Below are positions 7,663 to 20,654 of a DNA stretch of 64,000 nt, piece after piece. The notes below the pieces were generated by a model, which had not been told where the DNA came from, searched no databases, and saw nothing but the letters and a program-made list of their open reading frames with translations. The translations under genes and the position numbers were made by a program. Within the stretch, counting starts at the first letter, position 1; every line of letters begins with the position of its first letter. This DNA is from Casimicrobiaceae bacterium (GTDB taxonomy: Bacteria > Pseudomonadota > Gammaproteobacteria > Burkholderiales > Casimicrobiaceae), in the NCBI GenBank assembly GCA_035493035.1, contig DATJIS010000011.1, positions 11,470 to 75,469 of the forward strand. The letters are read 5' to 3'.

Positions 7663-9614
7663 CAGTCGCTCTCGTCGTCGGACGGCTTGTCGGCGCCCGC
7701 CGGCACCGGGCCGGGCTCGTTGCTGCCGAGCAGGTAATAGTCGAACACCTTGCGGGCGATCGGCGCGGCGGCCTGCGCACCGAAGCCGCCGTTCTCGACC
7801 AGCACGGCGACCGCGATGCGCGGCTGGTCCGCCGGCGCATAGGCCATGAACCAGGCGTGGTCGCGCAGCCGCTCGTCGAGCTTGTGCTCGGAATATTTCT
7901 CGCCCTTGAGCGAGAACACCTGCGCCGTGCCGGTCTTGCCCGCGCTCGGATACCGGGCATCCTTGAAGGCCGCCGCGCTCGTGCCTTCCTTGTTCACGCC
8001 CTGCAGCGCGTGCTTGATGAACGCGAGGTACTCGGGCTTGATGTCCAGCCGCGAGGAGGGCTGCGCCGCGATCTCGCGAACCGCGCCGGTGCGCACGTCC
8101 TGCACCGACTTCACGAGATGCGGCGTGTACCCCACGCCGTCGTTGGCGATCATCGCGATGGCGTGCGCGAGCTGCATCGGCGTGAATGCGTTGTAGCCCT
8201 GGCCGATGCCCGCCGAGATCGAGTCGCCGAGGTACCACTTCGCGTCCTTCGGGAACCGCTGGCGCTTCCAGGCACGCGACGGCAGCGTGCCGGTCAGCTC
8301 GCCCTCGATGTCGATGCCCGTCTTCGCGCCGAAGCCGAACGCCGACAGGAATCGCGCGGTTTCGTCGATGTCGGTCTCGCTCGCGAGCTGGTAGTAATAG
8401 GTGTCGCACGACACGACGATGGAGCGGTACATGTCGACCGTGCCGTGGCCACCCGGCTTGTCGTCCCGGAACACGTGCGCCTGTCCGGGAATCTGGAAGA
8501 AGCCGCGGTCGAAGATCGCCTGCTGCGGCGTGCGCTTGCCCGAGTTGAGCGCCGACATGGCGAGGAACGGCTTGATCGTCGATCCGGGCGGATACGCGCC
8601 GCGCAACGGCCGGTTGAGCAGCGGCTTGTCGGGCGATTCGTTCAGCTCCTGCCAGTTGGCGGGATCGATGCCGTCGACGAACAGATTGGGGTCGAAGCCG
8701 GGCTTGGAGACGAACGCCAGCACGTCGCCGGAGGTCGGATCGATGGCCACGAGCGCGCCGCGCCGGTCGCCGAACGCCGCTTCGGCAGCCTGTTGCAGCT
8801 TGATGTCGAGCGACAACCGCAGGTTGTTGCCGGACACCGGCGGCGTGCGCGACAGCGTGCGCACCGCGCGCCCGCCGGCGTCGACCTCGACGTCTTCCAC
8901 GCCGGTGATGCCGTGCAGCTCGCGCTCGTACGAGAGCTCGACGCCGACCTTGCCGATGTAGTCCGTGCCCTTGTAGTTGGCGGTGTCGTCCCAGTCGGCG
9001 ATGCGCTCGAGATCCTTGTCGGTGATCCGGCCGATGTACCCGACGACGTGCGACGCCAGCGCGCCGAACGGGTATTGGCGGAAGAGGCGGGCCTTGATCT
9101 CGACACCGGGAAAGCGGTAGCGATTGACGGCAAAGCGCGCCACTTCCTGGTCGGTGAGGCGCGTGCGCAGCGGCAGGCTCTCGAAGTTCTTCGATTCCTC
9201 GAGCAGCTTCTTGAAGCGCTTGCGGTCACGCGGCTGCACGTCCACGATCTCGGCGAGCTGGTCGATCGTCTGGTCGAGATTGCGCACGCGCGACGGCGTC
9301 ACCTCCAGGGTGTACGCGGAATAGCTCTGCGCGAGCACGATGCCGTTGCGGTCGGTGATCACGCCGCGGTTGGGCACGATCGGGACGATGGCGATGCGAT
9401 TCGTCTCGGCGAGCGTCTGGAAGTGCGCGTGCTGCACGACCTGCAGGTAGAAGAAGCGCGCGAACAGTCCCGCGAAGGCGACCACGACCAGGGCGCCCGC
9501 GACCATCAGGCGACGACGGAAATAGAAGAGCTCGCGCTCGGGATTGCGCAGCTCCGAGGCGCCGAAGCCCGACGCCCGGCGACGCGACGCGAAGAGGAGA
9601 CGACGCCGGTTCAC
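7662..9614 (-). CDS. mrdA: Penicillin-binding protein 2 (elongasome transpeptidase)
   Basis: 650 aa. Contains the STIKP (SxxK), SAG (SxN-like) and KTGTAQ (KTG) motifs. It sits in the mreBCD-mrdA-rodA order. Confidence 0.95.
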   Translation of the reverse strand: MNRRRLLFASRRRASGFGASELRNPERELFYFRRRLMVAGALVVVAFAGLFARFFYLQVVQHAHFQTLAETNRIAIVPIVPNRGVITDRNGIVLAQSYSAYTLEVTPSRVRNLDQTIDQLAEIVDVQPRDRKRFKKLLEESKNFESLPLRTRLTDQEVARFAVNRYRFPGVEIKARLFRQYPFGALASHVVGYIGRITDKDLERIADWDDTANYKGTDYIGKVGVELSYERELHGITGVEDVEVDAGGRAVRTLSRTPPVSGNNLRLSLDIKLQQAAEAAFGDRRGALVAIDPTSGDVLAFVSKPGFDPNLFVDGIDPANWQELNESPDKPLLNRPLRGAYPPGSTIKPFLAMSALNSGKRTPQQAIFDRGFFQIPGQAHVFRDDKPGGHGTVDMYRSIVVSCDTYYYQLASETDIDETARFLSAFGFGAKTGIDIEGELTGTLPSRAWKRQRFPKDAKWYLGDSISAGIGQGYNAFTPMQLAHAIAMIANDGVGYTPHLVKSVQDVRTGAVREIAAQPSSRLDIKPEYLAFIKHALQGVNKEGTSAAAFKDARYPSAGKTGTAQVFSLKGEKYSEHKLDERLRDHAWFMAYAPADQPRIAVAVLVENGGFGAQAAAPIARKVFDYYLLGSNEPGPVPAGADKPSDDESD

Positions 9615-9617
9615 GCG

Positions 9618-10157
9618 CTATACCTCGCTGCGGCGCCGCGGCCGCTGCGGGCGCTGCAGCAGCACGGACAACAGCGGCCACAGCAACGCGCCGACGACCG
9701 GAGGCGCGGCGTACGTCCAGCGCGGCAACGGCGCACCGCCGATGAAGCGCACGAGCAGCACGAGCAGCGCACAGACCGCGAGCAGCACCGCGACCTGCAC
9801 CGCCTGCTGCCACAACGGAAAGCGCAGCACGCGACGCCGGAAATAATCGGCGGCGAAGGCGAGCACGGCATACGCGAGGGCGTGCTGCCCGAAAAGGGTC
9901 GCGTCGGCGACGTCCATCGCGAGTCCGACGAACCACGCGGTGCCCACGCCGACCTGCCGCGGCGCCTGGATGCACCAGTACAGCAGCACGACCGCAAGGA
10001 AGTCGGGGCGCAGCGCGAGTGCCACGCCGGACACCGGCACCATGTTCAGCATGAACGCGGCCAGGATGGTCGCGACCACGAACCATGGGTGCGGCGGCCG
10101 GAGGATCTCCTCGGGCGCTGCAGGCGTGAATGTGCCCACGTCGGGAAGGACCCTCAC
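9618..10157 (-). CDS. mreD: Rod shape-determining protein MreD
   Basis: 179 aa polytopic membrane protein located between mreC and mrdA. The start (GTG at 10157) is uncertain. Confidence 0.8.
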   Translation of the reverse strand: MRVLPDVGTFTPAAPEEILRPPHPWFVVATILAAFMLNMVPVSGVALALRPDFLAVVLLYWCIQAPRQVGVGTAWFVGLAMDVADATLFGQHALAYAVLAFAADYFRRRVLRFPLWQQAVQVAVLLAVCALLVLLVRFIGGAPLPRWTYAAPPVVGALLWPLLSVLLQRPQRPRRRSEV

Positions 10158-10177
10158 GCGACCGCGTCCTTCGGAAT

Positions 10178-10287
10178 GCTCATCCGCGCCGGCCGTTGCC
10201 CCTGCCGCGCCACGCTCATCCGCGCCGCCCCTTGCCCCTGCCGCGCCACGCTCATCCGCGCCGCCCCTTGCCCCGGCCGCGCTTCAC
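10178..10287. repeat. Three tandem 36-bp direct repeats spanning the mreC stop codon and the mreC-mreD spacer
   Basis: Copy 1 is 10178..10213 and copy 2 is 10214..10249, with 2 mismatches between them. Copy 3 is about 10250..10287 and is the real mreC 3' end. On the minus strand each copy encodes ...RGRGKGRRG followed by TGA, in the same frame. Confidence 0.9.
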
Positions 10288-11169
10288 GCCGTCGCTTTCG
10301 GCGGGCTCTTCCGGGCGCGCCGGACTTGCGGCCGCCTGCGCGAGCACGAGCACCTGCATGCTGCGGTCGACGCCCGCCAGCGGCTTCACCGCGATGCGCG
10401 CGAACATCTGCCCGGTGTCGCGCTCGATGTCCATCACCTCCGCGACCGGCAGGTTGGGCGGATACGTGCCGTCGATGCCGGAGGTCACGAGGCGATCGCC
10501 CACTCGCACGTCGGCGGAGGGCGCGGTGAAGCGCAACTCCGGCGCGCGACCGGTGCCGTTGCCGTACAGCACGCTGCGCACGCCGCTGCGCTCGACCTTG
10601 ACGGGGACCGCCTGATCCTTGTCGGTGACCAGCGTCACCTCGGCCATGTAGGGAAATACGCGCGTGACCTGACCGACGACACCGCGATCGTCGATCACGG
10701 CCTCGCCGGATGCAAGCCCCGCGTGCGTGCCCTTGTCGACGAAGAGCTTCTGCGTGAACGGGTCGCGGCCGGTGTAGAGCACTTCGGCGGCCGTCGCCGC
10801 GCCACCGTAGCGCGCCTGCAGGTCGAGCAGCGTCTTCAGCCGCGCGTTCTCGTCACGCAGCTCGGAATACGCGCCGACGACGGGTGCCTGCGCGATCAGG
10901 CGCTCGCGCAGGTCCTCGTTCTCCTCGGCGAGGCGTGCCTTGTCGGCGAAATAGCGTCCGACCCACGCGACGGCCTCGATCGGCATCTCCACGGCGCGCT
11001 GCACCGGATAGAGCACCGTGCCGGCGAACTGGCGGATGTTCTCGAGATAGCGGTAACGCGTGTCGGCGAACAGCAGCGCGAGTGACAGCACACCGAAAAA
11101 CGCGAGTCGCGCGAGCGGGCTCGGCCCCCGGTGGAAGAAGGCCGGAGGTTCGACGGGAATCGGGCGCAT
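10252..11169 (-). CDS. mreC: Rod shape-determining protein MreC
   Basis: 305 aa. N-terminal TM segment, a coiled-coil region (ENEDLRERL...LRDENARLKTLL) and a beta-barrel region (GVVGQVTRV..., GLASGEAVID). It sits between mreB and mreD. Confidence 0.9.
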   Translation of the reverse strand: MRPIPVEPPAFFHRGPSPLARLAFFGVLSLALLFADTRYRYLENIRQFAGTVLYPVQRAVEMPIEAVAWVGRYFADKARLAEENEDLRERLIAQAPVVGAYSELRDENARLKTLLDLQARYGGAATAAEVLYTGRDPFTQKLFVDKGTHAGLASGEAVIDDRGVVGQVTRVFPYMAEVTLVTDKDQAVPVKVERSGVRSVLYGNGTGRAPELRFTAPSADVRVGDRLVTSGIDGTYPPNLPVAEVMDIERDTGQMFARIAVKPLAGVDRSMQVLVLAQAAASPARPEEPAESDGVKRGRGKGRRG

Positions 11170-11222
11170 TGCAACTGCTCAGACGGGCGCGTGGAGAGGA
11201 ACGTGCGCACCCACGATCCGTC

Positions 11223-12757
<1,535 letters not shown>

Positions 12758-12759
12758 CG

Positions 12760-14226
12760 ATGGAGACGGTCGCCGACCTCGCCGCCGCGCTGCGCGCCCG
12801 GAAGCTCTCCAGCGTCGAGCTGACCGAGCAGACGCTGACGCGTATCGAGGCGGCGCAGCAGGCGCTCAACGCGTTCATCACCGTCGACCGTGACGGCGCG
12901 CTGGCGGCGGCACGCGCGGCCGACGCCGCGATCGCGCGCGGCGATGCGCCGCCGCTCGCCGGCATCCCCATCGCGCACAAGGACGTGCTGATGACCGCGG
13001 GCCTGCGCACCACGTGCGGGTCGCGCATGCTCGACAACTTCACCGCGCCGTACGACGCGCACGTCGTGCAAGGCCTGAAGGCCGCCGGCACGGTGCTGGT
13101 CGGCAAGACGAACATGGACGAGTTCGCGATGGGCTCGTCCAACGAGACTTCCTGGTACGGCCCGGTACGCAACCCCTGGGACACGCGGTATGTGCCGGGC
13201 GGCAGCTCGGGCGGGTCGGCGGCGTCGGTGGCGGCGCGACTCGTGCCGGCCGCGACCGGCACCGACACGGGCGGCTCGATCCGCCAGCCCGCAGCGCTTT
13301 CGGGGGTCTGCGGCCTGAAACCCACGTACGGCATCTGCTCGCGCTACGGCTTGATCGCATTCGCGTCGAGCCTCGACACGCCGGGCCCGTTCGCGCGCAC
13401 CGCCGAGGATTGCGCATTGCTGCTGAACGCGATGGCGGGTCACGACGCGCGCGACTCGACGTCCATCGACCGGCCGAAGGAGGATTACGCGCGCAAGCTC
13501 CGGCAAGCCGGCGGCGCGCGCCCGCTCGAAGGACTGCGGATCGGCCTGCCGCGCGAATACTTCGGCGATGGCGTCGCGCCGGACGTCATGTCGGCCATGG
13601 AAACGGTGATCGCGGACCTGCGCAAGCTCGGCGCGACCACGGTGGACGTGACGCTGCCGGCGGTGAAGTACTCCGTGCCCGTGTACTACGTGATCGCGCC
13701 CGCCGAAGCGTCGTCGAACCTCTCGCGCTTCGACGGCGTGCGGTACGGCCATCGCGCGACACAGTACCGCGACCTCACCGACATGTACTGCAAGACGCGC
13801 GCGGAGGGCTTCGGCGCGGAGGTGAAGCGGCGCATCCTGGTAGGCACGTACGTGCTGTCGCACGGTTATTACGACGCGTATTACCTGAAAGCGCAGCAGG
13901 TGCGGCGCCTGATCTCCGACGATTTCCAGCGAGCGTTCGCACAGTGCGAGATCATCCTCGGCCCCACCGCGCCGACGGCCGCGTTCGAGCTCGGCGCGAA
14001 GACCGACGACCCCGTGCAGATGTATCTCAACGACATCTTCACCATCGCCGGCAACCTCACGGGCACGCCGGCAATCTCCATCCCGGGCGGCCTGTCGCAT
14101 CAGGGTCTTCCGATCGGGCTGCAATTGCAGGCCAACTATTTCGAGGAAGCGCGCCTGCTCGAAGTCGCACATCGCTTCCAGCAGGCGACCGACTGGCACC
14201 GGCGCGCGCCGGCGTTCGCGACATGA
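12760..14226 (+). CDS. gatA: Glu/Asp-tRNA amidotransferase subunit A
   Basis: 488 aa. Amidase signature [13 protein letters not shown]...[12 protein letters not shown], with typical GatA termini. Confidence 0.95.
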   Translation: METVADLAAALRARKLSSVELTEQTLTRIEAAQQALNAFITVDRDGALAAARAADAAIARGDAPPLAGIPIAHKDVLMTAGLRTTCGSRMLDNFTAPYDAHVVQGLKAAGTVLVGKTNMDEFAMGSSNETSWYGPVRNPWDTRYVPGGSSGGSAASVAARLVPAATGTDTGGSIRQPAALSGVCGLKPTYGICSRYGLIAFASSLDTPGPFARTAEDCALLLNAMAGHDARDSTSIDRPKEDYARKLRQAGGARPLEGLRIGLPREYFGDGVAPDVMSAMETVIADLRKLGATTVDVTLPAVKYSVPVYYVIAPAEASSNLSRFDGVRYGHRATQYRDLTDMYCKTRAEGFGAEVKRRILVGTYVLSHGYYDAYYLKAQQVRRLISDDFQRAFAQCEIILGPTAPTAAFELGAKTDDPVQMYLNDIFTIAGNLTGTPAISIPGGLSHQGLPIGLQLQANYFEEARLLEVAHRFQQATDWHRRAPAFAT

Positions 14227-15725
14227 CGCGCGACTACGAAGTCGTCATCGGTCTCGAGACGCACGCGCAGCTGTCGACGGCCGCGAAGATCTTCTCGGGC
14301 TCATCGACGCGCTTCGGCGCGGCGCCCAACACGCAGGCGTCGGCGGTAGACATCGCGCTGCCCGGCGTGCTGCCGGTGCTGAACCGGGGCGCGGTCGAGC
14401 GCGCGATCCGCTTCGGACTGGCGGTCGGGGGAACGATCAACACGCGCAGCGTCTTCGCACGCAAGAACTACTTCTACCCCGATCTGCCGAAGGGCTACCA
14501 GATCTCGCAGTACGAGATCCCCGTCGTGCAGGGCGGCGGCATCACGATCGTCACCGAGGCGGGCGAGAAGCGCGTGCGGCTCACGCGCGCGCACCTCGAG
14601 GAGGACGCCGGCAAGTCGCTGCACGAAGACTTCCATGGCATGACCGGCATCGATCTGAATCGCGCGGGCACGCCGCTGCTCGAGATCGTGTCCGAGCCCG
14701 ACCTGCGCAGCGCCGCCGAGGCAGTCGCGTACGCGAAGACGCTGCACAGCCTCGTCATGTGGATCGGCATCTGCGACGGCAACATGCAGGAAGGCAGTTT
14801 CCGCTGCGACGCCAACGTCTCGGTGCGTCCCAGGGGCGAGACCCGGCTCGGCACGCGCTGCGAGATCAAGAACCTCAACAGCTTCCGCTTCCTGCAGCAT
14901 GCGATCGAGTTCGAGGTGCGGCGTCAGATCGAGCTCGTCGAGGACGGCGGCACGGTCGTGCAGGAGACGCGCCTCTACGACCCTGACCGCAACGAGACGC
15001 GCTCGATGCGTAGCAAGGAAGAGGCGCACGACTACCGCTATTTTCCCGATCCCGACCTTCCGCCACTCGTGATCGACCCGGCCTGGATCGAGCGCACCGA
15101 GCGCGACATGCCGGAGCTCCCCGACGCGATGCGCGAGCGCTTCGTGGCCTCTCACGGGATCAGCGCGTACGAGGCGACCGCGCTCACGTCCAGCCCTGCG
15201 ATGGCGCGCTATTTCGAGGACACGGTCACGGCGCTGGGTGCGCAGCACGCTCGGCTCGCGGCGACGTGGATCCTCGGCGAAGTGTCCGCGGCGCTGAATC
15301 GCGCGGAGCTCGACATCGCGCAGGCGAAGGTCGATGCGCGAGCGCTCGCGGGCCTGCTCGCGCGCATCGTCGACAACACGATCTCCGGCAAGGCCGCGAA
15401 AGACGTCTTCGACGAGATGTGGCGGCGAACTTCAAGCATCGAAGTGCCGCTGACGAGCCTTGGAATGCGAGCCACCGCGGGTTCTCTCACCGCATTCGTC
15501 GACAGCATCATCGATGAAAAGGGCCTGCGCCAGATCTCCGACGAAGGCGCGATCGCCAAGCTGGTGGACGACGTGCTCGCGGCGAACGCGGGCATCGTCG
15601 CCGAATATCGCACCGGCAAGGAAAAGGCGTTCAACTCGCTCGTGGGCAAGGTGATGGGCGCATCGAAGGGCAAGGCCAATCCCGCGCGGGTGAACGCGCT
15701 CCTGAAGCGCAAGCTCGGCGCCTGA
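14223..15725 (+). CDS. gatB: Glu/Asp-tRNA amidotransferase subunit B (with an atypical ~20-aa insertion in the C-terminal domain)
   Basis: ATGA overlap with gatA. Reads [19 protein letters not shown]..., [15 protein letters not shown] and [13 protein letters not shown]. 500 aa. Confidence 0.95.
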   Translation: MTRDYEVVIGLETHAQLSTAAKIFSGSSTRFGAAPNTQASAVDIALPGVLPVLNRGAVERAIRFGLAVGGTINTRSVFARKNYFYPDLPKGYQISQYEIPVVQGGGITIVTEAGEKRVRLTRAHLEEDAGKSLHEDFHGMTGIDLNRAGTPLLEIVSEPDLRSAAEAVAYAKTLHSLVMWIGICDGNMQEGSFRCDANVSVRPRGETRLGTRCEIKNLNSFRFLQHAIEFEVRRQIELVEDGGTVVQETRLYDPDRNETRSMRSKEEAHDYRYFPDPDLPPLVIDPAWIERTERDMPELPDAMRERFVASHGISAYEATALTSSPAMARYFEDTVTALGAQHARLAATWILGEVSAALNRAELDIAQAKVDARALAGLLARIVDNTISGKAAKDVFDEMWRRTSSIEVPLTSLGMRATAGSLTAFVDSIIDEKGLRQISDEGAIAKLVDDVLAANAGIVAEYRTGKEKAFNSLVGKVMGASKGKANPARVNALLKRKLGA

Positions 15726-16216
15726 TGAGGCTGCGTCATGTGACGGCTACGGCGCTGCTTCTGGCGGCGTGCGCACAAACGCCGCAGGAACCCACCGAGC
15801 CAACCGCCGTGCCACCGGCGCAACCAAGCGCGCCGCCCGTCACCGTGTCGCCGCCCGCACCGCCGGCGCCTCCCGCGGGGACACCGGCAGCGAAACCGGC
15901 GCCGACCCGGCCGTTCACGCAGACCGGGGAAGTGTCGTTCTACGCCGCCAGCTTCACCGGCAAGAAGACGGCCAGCGGCGACATCTTCGATCCGCAGGCT
16001 CTGACGATGGCGCATCGCACGCTGCCCTTCGGCACGCGGGTGCGCGTGACCAACCTGAAGAACGGGCGCAGCGTCGAGGTCGTCGTCAACGACCGCGGGC
16101 CGGCGGTCGAGGGACGCATCGCCGATCTGTCGCCCGCGGCGGCGCGCGCCATCGGCCTGACCGACGACGGCGGCGTAACCCGCGCACGGATCGAAGTCGT
16201 CTCGACGCCGGATTAG
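15725..16216 (+). CDS. rlpA: RlpA-family lipoprotein (DPBB domain, no SPOR domain)
   Basis: Lipobox LLLAAC, then a Pro/Ala-rich linker. The DPBB core reads SFYAASFTGKKTASGDIFDPQALTMAHRTLPFGTRVRVTNLKNGRSVEVVVNDRGP. Confidence 0.85.
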   Translation: MRLRHVTATALLLAACAQTPQEPTEPTAVPPAQPSAPPVTVSPPAPPAPPAGTPAAKPAPTRPFTQTGEVSFYAASFTGKKTASGDIFDPQALTMAHRTLPFGTRVRVTNLKNGRSVEVVVNDRGPAVEGRIADLSPAAARAIGLTDDGGVTRARIEVVSTPD

Positions 16217-16240
16217 CGCCGGACATTGCGCAAGAACGAC

Positions 16241-16262
16241 AAGGGCGGCCTTGGCCGCCCTT
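16241..16262. terminator. Bidirectional hairpin between convergent rlpA and the PEP-CTERM gene
   Basis: Perfect inverted repeat aagggcggcc-tt-ggccgccctt. It lies 25 nt after the rlpA stop and 23 nt after the convergent gene's stop. The flanking U-tracts are weak. Confidence 0.55.
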
Positions 16263-16284
16263 GTGGCTTGCTAGCAGGGTTCGG

Positions 16285-17043
16285 CTAGCGGCGCTTGGCT
16301 TTCCGGCTTGCGCCCAGGCCGATGAGCGCTGCCCCCAGCAACAGGATCGACGCAGGCTCCGGCACGCTGGGAAGCGGCGTGCAATTGACCGTGCAGGTGC
16401 CCGGAATGAAGGTGTCCGGGGTCGTACCGAAGGAGAACGTCACGTTCGATATCGTCGTGTCCTGCGTGATCCCGGACAGCGCGAGCGTGAACGTCGCCGG
16501 GCCGATCACCGATGAGTTGAATTGGACCAGGCTGGCGTTCGAGTTGGGGAACGAGGTGGCGGACGGCAGGATCATCTGCGAGGGCTTGCCACCACCGATG
16601 GCCTCAAGGGTGATGCTGGTCCCGCTCACCGAGCCGTTCGTGAACCAGCGGGTGGGTGTCGAGTCCCCGGTGCGGGCATCTGTCGCGACAAGCGTCACGT
16701 TGCCGGCATTGTCGAGGTTTCCGAACTGCCCCGTCGCAGTCTCCGTTCCAACTGTCCCGACGTCGTCGCTCAGGTCGAAGGAGATGTCGCTCAGCGCCTG
16801 GCCGGCGCTGACGACCTGGCTCGCCGTGAGCAGGTTCGTCAAGGTCAGTGTCAGGAGGCCGTTCTCGACGTCGAAATCGGCCTGCGCGGATACGGGTTCG
16901 GCCGAGTTCTGAGAATTGAAGCCTGACCCGGTGAACGTGATGAGCGTGGCCGATGCCCCTGACGAAGCCATCGCCAGCGCAACGGCGGCCGGGATCAGGA
17001 AACGGCGTGTCCAACCCTTATGGACTGAAATCTGCTGATACAT
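16285..17043 (-). CDS. PEP-CTERM sorting-signal surface protein
   Basis: 252 aa with an N-terminal signal peptide. The C-terminus VPEPASILLLGAALIGLGASRKAKRR has the PEP motif, a TM helix and a basic tail. The body is Thr/Ser/Asn/Gly-rich. GC is visibly lower than the flanking genes. Confidence 0.85.
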   Translation of the reverse strand: MYQQISVHKGWTRRFLIPAAVALAMASSGASATLITFTGSGFNSQNSAEPVSAQADFDVENGLLTLTLTNLLTASQVVSAGQALSDISFDLSDDVGTVGTETATGQFGNLDNAGNVTLVATDARTGDSTPTRWFTNGSVSGTSITLEAIGGGKPSQMILPSATSFPNSNASLVQFNSSVIGPATFTLALSGITQDTTISNVTFSFGTTPDTFIPGTCTVNCTPLPSVPEPASILLLGAALIGLGASRKAKRR

Positions 17044-17444
17044 GGTGACCCCTGAACGTGCGGTTGTTGTGGCAACACTTTAAGCAAGTCGTAAGCCCGG
17101 CGACGTAAGACCTTCTTATCACAAAGATTTACTGTACCCGACAGACCCGGCGAAACAGGTCTGTAAACCTCGCCGACAGAGGTGCAAACTGCGCGAGAAC
17201 GTCGAGGCTGATACCAGCGCAACGCGGGGGTTCGACCCCGCGCCCGCGAAATCGCCGCATTGCCGCGAGCCGCACATGAAAATGCAAGCAGGAGCAGGTC
17301 AATCGGTGTTCCTGCGATCGACGTCCATCTTTTGCGCCCAACCCGGCCGGGAAACGGGACAACGCTGTGTGCATGTTTGCGATTTCGAGGAAGCGGAAGA
17401 GCTGTAAGCCGGCACGACACCGGTAGCAGCGCTGCGAGAAGACC

Positions 17445-19109
<1,665 letters not shown>

Positions 19110-19224
19110 TGGGAGCTGCCGCGGAAAATGCCGGTAAGCCCGTGATTATGGCAGGCGCCGGCGACCGCTTCCTGCTAGCCGGTTCACCTCGCTGTCCCGG
19201 CACGACGACCGCGCCGCGCGCACG

Positions 19225-19252
19225 AAAAAAAACGGGCGCGATGGCGCCCGTT
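19225..19252 (-). terminator. Rho-independent terminator downstream of the DUF4124 gene
   Basis: The minus strand reads AACGGGCGC-CAUC-GCGCCCGUU followed by UUUUUUU. It lies about 20 nt after the stop at 19272. Confidence 0.8.
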
Positions 19253-19271
19253 CGTGGCTCCTGTCTGAGCT

Positions 19272-19928
19272 CTATTTCGTCGCTGTCGGCGCCAGGCCTT
19301 CTTTTGCCTGTGCGATCGCCCGCAGCTCGCGCCAGCGCGCCTTGTCGGCATCGTAACGCGCCGTGACGGCGGTGGCTTCACGCTTCTTTTCCGCGATGAG
19401 CGCGTCCTGCTTCGCAAGCTCCTCGCCGATGCTCTCCATCTCGCGCTCGAACGCCGGCGGGACCGGCTTGTCGCCGAAGCTCTTGCGCTTGTCCTCGAGC
19501 TCGACGCGCCGCTTGGTGAGCTGCACGCTGTACGCCTGCGCGGACTGCACCTGCGTGTCGATCGTCGCAAGGGCGCGCGAGCGTGCGAGATCGATCTCGT
19601 CCTCGCTCGTATAGGACTGCATCAGCGCGCGGTCGCGACGGTCGACCACCTCGCGCTCGCGCGCGAGCTGCCGCTGGCGCTCCTCCTCGGCCACCTTGGC
19701 GCGGCGCTGCTCGAGGGTTGGCGCGGGATCCGTGCGCTTGACGGGAAGGCCCTGCTTGTTGAGCTCGACGCTGCCCTTGTCGACGGCTTCGGGCGGCATC
19801 TTGTCGGTGTAATGCACCATCCCCTTGTCGTCGACCCACTTGTACGTCGCCGCCGCGGCCGTCGTGGCGAGGAGCAGCGCTGCCATCGTTACGGTGACGA
19901 TGCGCGCGATGCCGGGGGAAGTCTGCAT
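19272..19928 (-). CDS. DUF4124 domain protein with a coiled-coil C-terminal region
   Basis: Internal ATG of ORF 19272..20114, chosen to avoid overlapping pyrE. Has a signal peptide, then YKWVDDKGMVHYTDKMPPEAV, which is the DUF4124 motif. Confidence 0.75.
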   Translation of the reverse strand: MQTSPGIARIVTVTMAALLLATTAAAATYKWVDDKGMVHYTDKMPPEAVDKGSVELNKQGLPVKRTDPAPTLEQRRAKVAEEERQRQLAREREVVDRRDRALMQSYTSEDEIDLARSRALATIDTQVQSAQAYSVQLTKRRVELEDKRKSFGDKPVPPAFEREMESIGEELAKQDALIAEKKREATAVTARYDADKARWRELRAIAQAKEGLAPTATK

Positions 19929-19956
19929 GTGCGGTTTACCGTTGTCGGTCGTGGGT

Positions 19957-20598
19957 TCAGTGCGCGCCATACTGGCTGCGGTAGGCGGAAACCGCGTCAC
20001 GTTGCGCGGCGAGCTCGGGGCGTGCGGCGAGGAATTGCATGACGTCGTCGAGCGTCGCGATGGCGACCACCGGCACGCCGAAGCGGTCGCGCACTTCCTG
20101 CACCGCGGACACATCGCCCTGGCCGCGCTCCATGCGATCGAGCGCGATCAGCACGCCGGCAACCGTTGCGCCCTGCGCGCGAATGGTGTCGACCGATTCG
20201 CGCACGGACGTGCCGGCCGTGATGACATCGTCGACGACGAGCACGCGGCCGGCCAGCGGAGCCCCGACCAGGCTGCCGCCTTCGCCATGATCCTTCGCTT
20301 CCTTGCGATTGAAGCTGTACGGCAAATTGTGACCTTTTTCGGCAAGCGCGATCGCGGTCGCGGCCGCAAGCGTGATGCCCTTGTAGGCCGGACCGAAGAG
20401 TTGGTCGCATGCGAGGCCCGAGTCGAGCAGCGCGGTTGCGTAAAATCCGCCCAGCCTGCGCAGGCTCTCGCCGTCGTTGAACAGTCCAGCGTTGAAGAAG
20501 TAGGGGCTTTGCCGTCCCGCCTTGGTGACGAATGAGCCGAAACGTAGCACTTCGCGTGCCATCGCGAAGGCGAGGAACTCCTGGCGGAAGTCGGACAT
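19957..20598 (-). CDS. pyrE: Orotate phosphoribosyltransferase
   Basis: 213 aa. PRPP-binding motif [14 protein letters not shown]. Typical PyrE N-terminus ([29 protein letters not shown]). Confidence 0.95.
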   Translation of the reverse strand: MSDFRQEFLAFAMAREVLRFGSFVTKAGRQSPYFFNAGLFNDGESLRRLGGFYATALLDSGLACDQLFGPAYKGITLAAATAIALAEKGHNLPYSFNRKEAKDHGEGGSLVGAPLAGRVLVVDDVITAGTSVRESVDTIRAQGATVAGVLIALDRMERGQGDVSAVQEVRDRFGVPVVAIATLDDVMQFLAARPELAAQRDAVSAYRSQYGAH

Positions 20599-20654
20599 CG
20601 CGGCAAGGATACGCGGGATTTGCCGCGCGAATTATAGCGATCGGCGGTGCGAGC

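Noticed and set aside
10178-10287. The 36-bp direct repeats as a possible CRISPR array.
   Set aside because: The repeats are directly abutting with no spacers. There are only three copies, they lie in-frame at the end of mreC, and no cas genes are nearby. This is a tandem duplication.
17219-17245. A GGGGGTTCGACCCC element resembling a tRNA T-arm (possible tRNA, tRNA remnant or att site).
   Set aside because: The best fold is a 6-bp stem with a 6-nt loop, not the canonical 5-bp stem with a 7-nt T-loop. I could not build an acceptor stem, anticodon arm or D-arm from the flanks. tRNAscan-SE or ARAGORN would settle it.
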